Source: Camelus ferus (Eukaryota). From it: a DNA stretch of 64,000 bases. The notes beneath the pieces were generated by a model. It did no database searches, was not told the origin of the DNA, and worked only from the letters and a program-made list of their open reading frames with translations. The stretch spans positions 119,786,001 through 119,850,000 of the forward strand of contig NC_045696.1 of the NCBI RefSeq assembly GCF_009834535.1. The letters are read 5' to 3'. Below are positions 24,801 through 36,800 of this stretch, piece after piece. The position numbers and the translations under genes were made by a program. The first letter of the stretch is position 1; each line of letters begins with the position of its first letter.

Positions 24801-27800
24801 CATAGTGTCTGTTACGTGTTCCAGAACTGAAGGGCTATGAATCACCTGTGCCCATGCCAGTCAGTGATTATACTTAGGAACTAACCACATAGAGACTAAA
24901 AATAGTTTTAATAAAAATGATGGATAACAGGAAAAAAGTGAAGTCAGAGCTGAGTTGAATACAGCTGTCTGATGTATTAGCTCTGTGATCTCGGCAGAGA
25001 CTGCCAAGTCTCAGTTACCTTTCTTGCAAAGAGAGATATTAGCTACCTCAACAGTGTTATAATTAAACAACAAAATAGGTGGAAAGAGCTCAGGGGATGC
25101 TAGTTTTCATTCTTCCTTTAACCAGCATTCGATGAGCGCTTACAGTACAGTAGGGACCACAGAAACCATTTGTGAGGAACGTAAAGGAACCAAGGTCCCT
25201 ACCAGTAGGTGGGTGGACCTGGTAGCGAGTGAGCGTGGTGTCCTCTGCAGTGACGTGCAGAGGGCGGAGGTGGCTTCTCAGGCGGTGGCGGTGTTGCTGT
25301 GCAGGTGGTGTGGAAAGACTACCAGAGGAGATGGCGCTGTGGCCACTCCTGGAACAGTGGGTGGCAGGTCACTGAGTAGACGCAGAACACAGGGAGTCCA
25401 GGAAGGAGAACCGAGTGGACAAAGGTAAACCGAGGCAAGAGGAAGGATTCAGGGAAACTTTCTGTATTAAAAAAAAGGAACTGTTTTTTATCCTCTGTGA
25501 ATGAGAAAAGATCCTGAGGTGGTTTTAACAGTGGAGAACATTATATTGAATCTGAAGGCATTACGCTGTTCACTGGGATTCAGTAGAGAATTTTAATTTG
25601 TGGATAGGGAGTAATGTTCTACTAACCCTGAGAGAGAGCACAGAGTTAAATAGCTACAACGCTGGCCTTGGTGGCATCAGAAATGAAGTCATTTCTCTGT
25701 TCAAACAGTGAGTTGTTTTCAGTGGCGCTGAGGGCATAAGGCCTAGGGTTGCTCTGCAGACACACAACTGCAGAAACACACAATGGGACCCAGTTGGGTG
25801 AGTGCTGTTGCAGTCACAGCATCGTAGAGCCTGTGTGGCGATCCCTGGAGCTTTAGAAACTCGTGCGCCTTTTTAGAGTTTCCATGCCTAGACCCGGAGA
25901 CTGCAGTCCTGGGTGGCCATGGTGGGAGCCACCCATGAGGTTAGAGAGAGCCTCTCCCTGTCGGGACAAAGTCCTTTCATGCCCACCTGCACCTACCAGT
26001 AGGTGGTGCGGCCAGGGAACTGTGAGTGGTGCTTCAGTAGGAACATAGCACAGAAATGGCCGTTAAGAGCAGCAAGAGGGGTGAGGTGTGGCTTTGTTTG
26101 GGGGTAGACATCCTTGAGAATAACTGATAATATCAGTTGGGGGGAAACTAGAACTGTTGCCTTCTTAAACATTTAAAAATACCAAAGATAAAAACCGCTG
26201 TCACAGTTTGTTCCGGCATTAAGCCGTGGATAAGCAGGACAGTATTTGAGAAGCTAAAGCCACGCCACGTGAACTGTCCTGAGGGTCCCGTGTCTGGAGC
26301 CGAACTGACTTGTCCGGTGCACGTGCCCCTCTTGCAGGCGCTGCTTACGCCCGCGCCGAGGAGGGCATCAGGAGACTGGTGGAGCAGTGTCGGTTGCCAT
26401 TTTTGCCCACCCCCATGGGAAAGGGCGTCATCCCAGACAACCATCCAAACTCTGTGGCCGCTGCCAGATCCAGGTACGTGGCTCCAGGTTCTAAACACAG
26501 CGCCTGGCAGATTTTAGGCTGATGTAAAGTCTTCTGTGACTTTAATGAGTCTAGGAGACGTTCTGAAAGAGTCATGTCATTGCAAGTACGTCTGTTTCTT
26601 CTTAGGCTTTTCAGCACATTAAAGGTGCTGTCCTCTGCCTCCCGACCCTCATGGTTTCAGACGAGAACTCTGTAGTCTGTTCCCCTCTATGTAATGTGTT
26701 GTTTTTCTGTGGCTCCTTTCAAGATTTTTTTTTTTTTTATCTTTGGTTAGCAATTTGATTATGATGTGTCTGGACATGATTTTGTTTTAGTTTATCCTGT
26801 TTGGGGTTCTCTCATCTTTTTGAATCTGCACATTGATATCTTTCACCAAATTTGGGAAGTTTTTGGCTGTTATTTCTTCAAATATCTTTTCTACACCAAT
26901 CTCTCTCTCCTTTTTGGAGTAACACAAATATTAGGCATCTTGATATTATCTCATAGGTCCCTGAAAAACTGTTTAAGTCTTTTCAGTCTTTTTGTCTTTT
27001 ATATTTTGTTTCTCTGCTGAGAGCTGTAATCCTCCCATTTATTGCAAGAGTATTTTTATTTACCTTATGGGACCTAATTATGATAGCTGCTTTAAAGTGT
27101 TTGTCTACTAGTTCTGACATCTGGGTCATCAATAAAATTGGTATCTATTCATTATATTTTCTTCTGAATTGGTTACATTTTTCTGGCTCTGTGTATTGAG
27201 TAGTTTTGTATTAGTTACATCCTAGAATTTCGAATACTATTTCGTGAAATTCTAGGTCATATTGAAACCCTCTGCAGAATGATTTGTCTGTTTTAGCAAG
27301 CAGTTAGCCAGGTTGGGTTCAGACTGCATGCAGATACCGTCTTACTTGCTGGAGGCCTGGTTCCAGGGTGGATTCACTTTTCACAGCCTTTGCTGTGCTC
27401 CTTTGGGTCTGTCTGCACGTGCCCAGCCCAGGGGTGAGCCCAGACTTGTGCTGGTTCATATCCAGAACTAGGGATTTCTTTTCTCTCTTAGGCCAACCCC
27501 ACCCTCCACCCCCACTGCACAGAGTCCCTTTTCCTGGCCTTTGCTGCCACCTTACATCACCACACAACTGGGGCTGCCTTTGAGGCAAAGTGGCAGAAAA
27601 AAGAAGAAAGATGACAAGTAAGGGGGGTGCCCCGTACTCGTCAGACCACAGGGGCCCCTTTTCCTGGTTCCTCTTGCCTGAAAAATGAAGTTTCTCTTGG
27701 AATTTTAGCTGCTTGGGGCCTCCCACGGTGCCTCTGTGCTGCCCTCAGAGCACGGCTGGGAGAGAGAAAAACAGAGAAAAAGGAAGAATTCAGTGCTTTG

Positions 27801-30800
27801 GGTGTTGCAGGGTCCCTTTTCCTGACCTTGTGGCCAAAAAGACAGGGTTCCTCTCCAAGTTTTTGCTGCCCTTTATTTCTGCAACAGGACTGCTGTGAGT
27901 CCCCGCTGGGAGATAAAGGAGGAGAACACCTTGGAGAGTTGCCACCCATAAGGGTCACTTCTTTGACCCTTCCGGGGCCACCTGCTGTTGTTTACTTTGC
28001 AGAAGCCTCAGGTAGTTGCTTTTTCTAGTTGTTCAGGGTTTTCCGTTGTCATCAGTGGGAGAGCTCGGCTGGAGTGGGCGTCCCCAATCTTGGCTGACAC
28101 TGGAAGTCTTCTCTTTCCAGATTTTTAAAACACACTTTTAGATTAACCATACATTTTTCTTTTAATTTTTTTATTATGAAATATTATAAATATACAGATA
28201 AGACTAGAGAATAATTTAAGGAACACTGATATAACTACCACTGTAAACTTTAGCAGATACAACACAATATTAAGTAGTATGTTGTTGCTTTAAGGTTTTT
28301 TTTTGGTAAAGAAACAAAAACAATTTCGGATTCATTTGTAGTCCCTATGTATCTTTCCTGAGTCCATTTCCTCCCTCTGTGAAGAAACAGGAGTTCACTA
28401 CTGTTACGCATTTGGTAGTTTTCATATTGTCCTGCATGCCTGAAATTACTTTTGAGGTTTTTTTTAATGTGATGTTTGCTGCTCAGTCTTTAAGTGTTGC
28501 CCATTTAATGTAAAGTTAATAGCTTATACTTTCTCTTTTTTCATATTAGCATTCATTGTACAGTACACAAATTAACTACTACTCTTTTTGACATACTTTT
28601 ACTTGGGTTGAATTGGTTTATTTTTATTCCAGCTGAATTTTGAGAAAATAATATTAATGACATTAATGGTGTAAAAAAGATTGCAAGGGGCTATAAATAA
28701 TTGAATCAATGATTTCAAGGGTTTTAGAGTGTCTGTAAGCGAGTCTATCCTTTCACTTCTAGCTGTTAAATTTGGTCCCACAGGCTCAATACAGTATATG
28801 AAGATAGCTTTTTTGACTATATACTTGAAATGATAAGTGAATTTCTGTGACAAATATCATAAACTACCACAGAAGACAGAAGCAAAACTGAGATCCTCTC
28901 TGGGAAAAAGATAAGAAAAAAGGGAAAACAGCAGAGAAGTAGAAAAGACAAGACCCACAGCAGTTATGACAAATTTTCCTGAAAAAAGGCAGAAACTTTA
29001 GATTGAATTGATAGTAATGCCAGTTATATATAGCATTAGAGCCACATTGGAGACAAAATGATACAGCTTAAGAACAAGTGAAGACATATGAGATAAACAA
29101 AAAGAAAGCAAGGGTTGATTGCTATGTTAATATCAGAGTGGATGTCAGAGTAAAATTTAAAAACTGAAGTTACATGGACAGACATACTAAGATATATAAA
29201 ACTTAGAAATACACTTGGTGTAGTATTTTTTGAAAGCAGTTCAAGAAAATGAATTACATTTTTAAAATACCTGCTTCTAACAATAAAAAGATGGTGGTTT
29301 CTAGGGGTTTGGGGAGAGGGAGGGAGGGAGGAATGAATAGATGGAGCACAAGGGATTTTTAGGGCCATGAAATGATTCTGTATAATACTATTGTGGTGGC
29401 TACATGTCATTATGTATTTGTCAAAGACCATAAAATGTACAACATCAAAAGTGAACCCTAATGTAAACTATGGACTTTGGTTGATAATAATGTGTCCATG
29501 TTGGTTCATTGATTATACCAAATATGCCACCCTGATGAGGGATGTTGAGGGTAGGGGAGTATATATGTGTGGATGGGGAGGGCTGTGTGGGAACTCTGTA
29601 TTTTCTGCTCAATTCTGCTGTAAACCTGAAACTACTCTAAAAAAAAAATAGTCTATTAAAAGAAAAACAAAATACCTGCTTCTAGGAATCAGTTTGAAGT
29701 GTGTATTGAGATTCAAGAATAAAGATGTGCAACTCAGTACTATTAAAAACAAAATATCCAGCAGTTGAGGAAAGGCAAAATAAATTTGAAATATATGTTC
29801 AGCAAAAGATGTAGCCTTTGAAATTTGTATTTAAGAAGAACATATTGACAAAGGAAAATGTTTATGATAAAGAAAAGTACATGAGACAGTATTTAGTATA
29901 TAAATTCAACTATAAAGAAGTGTGTGTGCAGGAAAAAAAACTAGATGAAGATATGCCAGAATATTAACAATGGTTTATAAGTTGACAATATTGGGTGATT
30001 TTGGTTTTTCCTTTATACTTTTCTGCTTTTTCCAGATTATCTACAGTAGACCTGTATTAATTTTTCTAATGATCAAAAATTATAAATGAAATAGAGTATA
30101 TGAACAGCCTTACGGTAGTGTTTCTGTGCGTATTCATCTTTTAGATTACTACTTAAATGGAATGGCTTCATAAATTATTTCAGTTTGAAAGATCAAACTT
30201 ACCACATATGCTGATTCTGAAGATCAGTGTAAGCTGCAAATCATTTACACTTTTCCAAGTGCTTTAGAAATTAATTTTAGAATAATTCAAGTAAGAATGT
30301 AGATATGCTTTTTATGTTACATCAGATTTTTCTTTTCAATAGGGCTTTGCAGTCTGCCGATGTAATTGTGTTATTTGGGGCCAGATTAAATTGGATTTTG
30401 CATTTTGGACTGCCTCCAAGATACCAGCCAGATGTGAAGTTTATCCAGGTACTCAGAGAGGAGAGGTTTCAGTCAGAGCTGTCTGGAGTTTATTGTTCTT
30501 TTCTCAGCCATTATCAGCTCCACTCTCTTCTTGGCTTTTGTGAACAATCATTTTTCTTTTTATAAAAGTAGGATTTTATAAATTGTCTAGCATAATTATA
30601 GGTACCAAAGTAAGCTGCCTTTTCAAGACTGTGAAACATAACATACCACTTTACTTCTACGCAGAATACCTTTCAAAATCAAGTCTTAAACAGTTTGAAA
30701 AGCATAATGTGCCTCTTCTTCATAGTTCAGGTGTATCTAAGGTAGACAAAAGAGGTTCAAGTAGGATGGTAGGTTAGAACAAAACACTCAGCATTGTTGG

Positions 30801-33800
30801 GAATCCCCAAACCTTCGAACACTCTTTGATTGGAAATCTCTAGAAACAAGCTGGTTTTATCTGTGTCATTAAACAGACTGTTTGAAACAGGCTTCTGCGT
30901 CTTTGTGGCCTTCTGTATAAGCCGGTTTCCTTAGTAGTGTGGGGAGTACTGCCTGCACCATGCCGTGCAAACCTGTCGGCCCTGCAGATTTTGTAGAGGG
31001 GTTTGATGGCCCCGCCCCAGTTACCGTCTTCTCCGTTTACCTTTTACTTCTTCAGGGGTCAACTTCTAATAGTCCCTTTCCCCTTGGGGCTACTGGAAAC
31101 TAAAACCACAAACAGGTGAGACCTGGGTTGCTGTGGAAGATGCTGCCACCTCTCGATTGCCCTCTTGGTTACAGAATAAAGGGCACCCCCTTTGGGGGCC
31201 TGAATTACTCCTGGCAAAAGCTGTTTTCGCTTGCCCATGGCCATGCAGAAATGCAGCGTCTGAGTAAACGGGCAGCAGGCACGCGGCGCCCTGGGAGTGG
31301 TCCCCACCACGTGGTTCCTGGGCCGGCGGCGTCAGCAGCACCTGGGCCACCTGCTGAAGTCAAACTCCGAGGTGGACTCTTGCAGTCTGTGGCTTAACAA
31401 GCCCACCGGGTGATTCTATTAAATGCTCAAATTTGAGAACTCCTTCTCTGACTAGGAATTCCTGTGCAATTAAGAACATTACTATTGATTAGACTCAGAA
31501 CCAGAGTTGATCATGTCAGATGCATTCCTGTGGGTATGACGGAGCAATACCAAAGTTCTACGGAGTATTTTTAAATGAGGGAAGATAATGAGGCTTCTGT
31601 ACTAGCCATGATACTCATGTAGTTCCATGGATTTTTACTTTTATTAAGGAACTTCTTAAATATCAGATCTTTATCATATGTTACACATACACAGTCCCTT
31701 TATTCAGTCTTAAGTCTTAAAGATTTTTTAAGAATAGACATGGCTCATTCTGTAACCTCGTCTCTTTTTCAGGTTGACATCTGTGCAGAGGAGCTGGGAA
31801 ATAATGTAAGGCCTGCCGTGACCTTGCTAGGAGACATAAATGCTGTCACTGAACAGGTAGGCGCTTTCGCCTGGGTTTTAGTTTATGCGATTGGTCTTCA
31901 GGGAAGTCAGTTCTTGAAAATGTTTCCTTCTTGATTCACTTGATGACAGGTCTATTAATAACTATTTGAAACAAAATTTATGATGGAAAGCTATTCTTAA
32001 ACATAACTAGGGAACTTGGTAAATCCAACTGCTTGTATATACATTTGTGTGTAAGTAAGTTAAGCGTTTTTGGAAGGTAACTGAAAACTTAAAGGCATTC
32101 AGTCAGTAAACTGATTCAGCCGCCTGAAGGACTGTGCCGTAGCCCCCAGAGGAGCTGAGCTCACAGCCAAGAAACGGCTTTATGTACCGGAAAAAGTTTA
32201 ACTTAGTATTTCTTTAGGCAAAAAGGAGATTTTTGCTCTTCAAACTGTAATCAGCGACTTATCCAGATTGTTATTATTTGTACATAATTTATGCATTTCA
32301 CCGTGACAGGAGATAAAATATAGGCACACTTGTCAACCTGGTTTTGGAGACAAGTTGGTATTATTATCATGATAATACATGTCACGTATTAAAACACTCT
32401 GGAGCGTTTGGTCTGTATCATGGGAATCCCTAGGTATTTGGGGCCATGAGCCTTCTGGCAAGTGTTCTGTTCTATGGTGGAGTATTTTCCTTCTAGTGTC
32501 AAAAACAGAGGAGGGCTTAAGAGCCCCCTGCCTGTGGGGTGTGGAGGGGGTAACGTTTCCGCTTTGTCTTACGGGAATCCCAGCATCTGGCAGAAGTCTA
32601 CACTGAACCAGGCAAAAACTTTACACGTTATCTGTTTGTCTTCTCTTGGTTGTTTGCTGCCTAGAGGAAAGCAGGGAGTATGAGTGATGTGAAGGGCAGG
32701 ATGAGAGAGGTGTCCTGTTTTCTGTAAGAAGAGATTTTTATGCTAATGTGATATAAGTTTATTCTCAAAAAAGAAAAAAAATTTTGTGATTTTTTTTTTT
32801 AGCTTTTAGAACAATTTGATAAAACACCATGGCAATATCCTCCAGAGAGCAAGTGGTGGAAAACTCTGAGAGAAAAGATGAAGAGCAATGAAGCTGTATC
32901 CAAGGTAAGACGGACCCACTGAAACCCAAGGACACTTCAAGTTCATAGTTCAGTTAGTTCTGTCACAGCGTGGCATATGCATTCCTGAAGTCAATTACAT
33001 ACCTACACACAACCCATTCATACATGTATCACAGCAGACATGGCACCTGACGCTTCTCGTGGCAGTGGGCATTGGAAGGCTGCAGCCCTGAGTCCCTGGG
33101 AAGTGTGGAGGGAGGGGATCTGACACTGACAGCTGTCAGAGCCCATGTGGACGGTTGTGGCTCCCTGTCCTCAGTTTGACCTTGGCACCAAATCACAATT
33201 AACCTTAAATCCTGGGGCACGTTTTTCTACCTTTAAGTTGTAAGTCCTTCAGGGCATGCATTTATAATAGGTGTTTAATCAAAATTGAAAATCTGATCTA
33301 ATACATAGTTGCCTTTTTAAAAAATTTCTGCCTTATTGAGGTAAAACTGACATGTAAAACTGTAAGATACTTAAAGGTGCATCATGGTGCCCTGACGTTC
33401 ATGTCCACTGGGAAGGAATTCCCCATCTAGTTAATTCACACACTCATCACCTCGCATCTCTCTCTCTTTTCTTTTTTCTGGGTGAGAACATTTATAGCCT
33501 CCTTTTTCAAATAACTTTTGTATCGCTGCTGGAATCTTGCAATTTCCTCAACTGCACTCGTGGCTTTGCCCGATAGCTGAAGGCTTTGGAAATTGTAGTA
33601 ATGGGTGAAACCACCAAACCGTCCACTCTTAGCCCTGAAATGAGCCGCTTCTGCAGGATTTGGCAATTTCTGTTTAAAGTCTTTGTATATAGATAGTGTT
33701 TTTGCTTTGATTGTGAGGAAAGATGTTTCTGATTTTTTCCTCCGTTTTGTGTATTCCCGTGCATCTTGATTCAGCTGAGTGTGGTTTTCTCATCGACGGA

Positions 33801-36800
33801 GTCGTGCATAAGCAAATAGGAAATTCCGGTTATGCTCATATTGTTCCCTAATACATCACTTGTCTTGGAATAAATTCACATTTTCAAAACAAGTAGCGTT
33901 GGTTTATACATGATTCTTTCATTGAAATTTTAATCAATGACTGTTTCTCCTATCAAGAGCCAGTCTCAGTTCTATTTCCTGAGTGGTATCGTGATTAATT
34001 CCTTCTTTTTTCCGTAGGAATCACCTTAGTGTAGGATGGAAGGCTCTTGCCTCTCTTCTCTGGTGCAGGAGTATAGGAGGGCCCCTCATCCATCGTGGGT
34101 ATAACCTCCAGTGGACCGGACTAGCACAGGTGGAGAGGCCGTGCTGGGACCAAATGGGGCTTTGCTGCGAGAGCCCATGTGGCCTTCTCTCAGCGTGGAA
34201 AGGTGTCAGCCAGACACGGGCATTTACCTTGCTGTTTTCCATCCATTCAGGGTGGAGGGTGAAGCATATCCCCTTTATTCTCCAGTGCGTGTGCGGAAGA
34301 CCCAGATTTTCAGATTTTCTAAAACCCAACTTCATTTTTTTAAGCATAGGGCCATATTTTAGATGAAAATATTCTAGAATAGAAATTTCACTTTTTCTGA
34401 GGCAGCGTTTTCCTGAGAGTGCTCAGATAAGAAGGACTGTTTAGTCTTGTTTAACCCAGTACTTCCAGACGTCTTGGTCTTTAAGATGCTAGTGTGTGCT
34501 GTGGATCTCCAGGAAGAGGGACATTTCCTGGCTTACTTGATTGTGTCCCACACTGGGACTGTGGGCCCTGTTCTTCTTAGCGTGCCCCCCGGGACTGTGC
34601 ACGGATCAGCGGCTTCTCAGGGGCCCTCTGGAGGCCACTTGGGAATCTCTTAACTTGTTTGTTGCCTGTGTCCTAGTAAGTTTGAAAGTATTTAGTGACA
34701 CTGTTTATTTTTATTGTTATGTCAATCTGATTTGATTGTATTTCCCTCTAATGCTTTAGGAATTAGCTTCCCAAAACTCCCTGCCTATGAATTATTACAC
34801 AGTATTCTACCATGTTCAAGATCAGCTACCCAGAGACTGTTTTGTGGTGAGTGAAGGAGCAAACACTATGGATATTGGACGCACTGTGCTTCAGAACTAC
34901 CTTCCTCGGCACAGGTACAGCTTCCAAAAAAGGAATTCTGATGATGAGAATGTGTTAAATTTGAAACTACAAAAAGCAGATTAATAAAACATTTGAGAAT
35001 TATCTATGTCCAGCGTATAAGGACGTATTTCTTAAAGTATTCTTAGGTGGGGTTTTGTAGAGTTTTTATCCTTGGTATGGCCTCGAGATCATGCGATAAC
35101 TTGTACACCAGGTGTTCTGAGGACGCGTTCACAGTCTTCCAAGCAGTCAGTGATTTTTCCTGCTCATTCTGCTTATCTTTGACAAATTAGTTCCTTACAG
35201 TCTAAAACTTTACACTAAAGACAGTGTTTTTATTCTTTATTTTTCCACAAGCCATGTGACTGAATAGATTTGTGCCAACCCCACCATCTGTGACATGCCC
35301 CAGAGGGTTTCATTTTCGCTTTGTTTCCCAACAGGCTTGATGCTGGTACTTTTGGAACAATGGGAGTCGGTTTGGGGTTTGCCATTGCAGCTGCCATAGT
35401 GGCAAAAGATAGAAGCCCAGGGCAGCGGGTCATCTGTGTGGAAGGGGACAGTGCATTTGGGTTTTCCGGCATGGAAGTGGAAACCATCTGCAGGTAAAAC
35501 AGCATCCTGAATCAGAGCATCTCTTTCTCCAGAATATGAAAAATCACACACAAGTCCCACTAGCCTAGCAAACACCAAGCATTCACCCTGTGCCAGGTGC
35601 CCTGTTCTCTGCACTGTGCTGTGTCCTGAGGACGCTAGTATAAATAACCCGAGGGTCTCTTTTATCCAGGACAGTGTGTTCATACCTCTTTACCGCATGC
35701 CAGAAACTCACCACACTGGCGGGGGTAGTTTTGAGGTCACTGAAGAAAACATTCTGGTCTGAAAAAAGCTTGTTTTCTGCAGGGAGATAGCAGAGCTTGA
35801 TGGCTAAGAGCATGGCCTCTGGGGCAGGTGGCCTGGATTTAAACACTGGCTTGACCAGTCTCCTCTAAAGTGGGGATACGTACCTTACTAGTTCCTACCT
35901 TAGAGGACAGTTGTGAGGAACAAATGAGATAATCTAGGTGCTTGAGAGGGTATTAAGTATGGAAAGTGTCATTCTTACTGACAACGGGATCTATGAAAAC
36001 CAAGGTTCAGGAAAGCTTGGTGATTTGCCCGAGGTCCATAACTGCACAGTGGCAGAACCAGGTCTGCCAGCCCCAAATCTGGCATTCTTTCTACGACCCC
36101 ATGATATTTCTGTTAATGATTTCATAGTCTTTATTAGGACAACAAATGCTTAATTTTCAGTCTTCCCCTAATATTACAAAAATGCTGATAGAAAACTATC
36201 CATTTTCCAAGTTAAAATTTCAGTCCCATGAAAAGAAATTGCCTTAGAATGATGAATGATTTCCTTTGTATTTTGCTCTCAATTTTAGGTACAACTTGCC
36301 AATCATACTTTTGGTGGTGAATAATAACGGAATTTACCAAGGTTTGGATACAGATACTTGGAAGGAAATGTTAAAATCTAGAGATGCTACTACAGCGTAA
36401 GTAACCCAGAACAATGTATATTTACTTTTTTTCATCTATTTTAATCTCTCTTTAAAAAGTTCGCTGTATTGGAATGTGCTTACCGGGTGTAAGTGTTGCT
36501 TGCCTGCACGGTCAGCCCCTCTGAAGGGCAGGAACCCGCTCTGCATGGTTGGTTTTTGCACATCCAGTGTTGATTGGGCACTTCAGTAAAGAGTTTATGA
36601 TCAGGAAGCCACTGAAGACTTGGGTGAATGAGTTTGATCTCTAAGCCTTGTTAATGAAAGGGCTTATAGCAAAATGCTTCCAGTCCTGCTGTTCCTACTG
36701 CACCACGTAGGAATATGGATGCTTAAATATTACTTACGATACAGAAATGTTTCCTTTTACCACTTGGCTCAGTCTTGATTATCTGTTGACAGAGGCAAAC

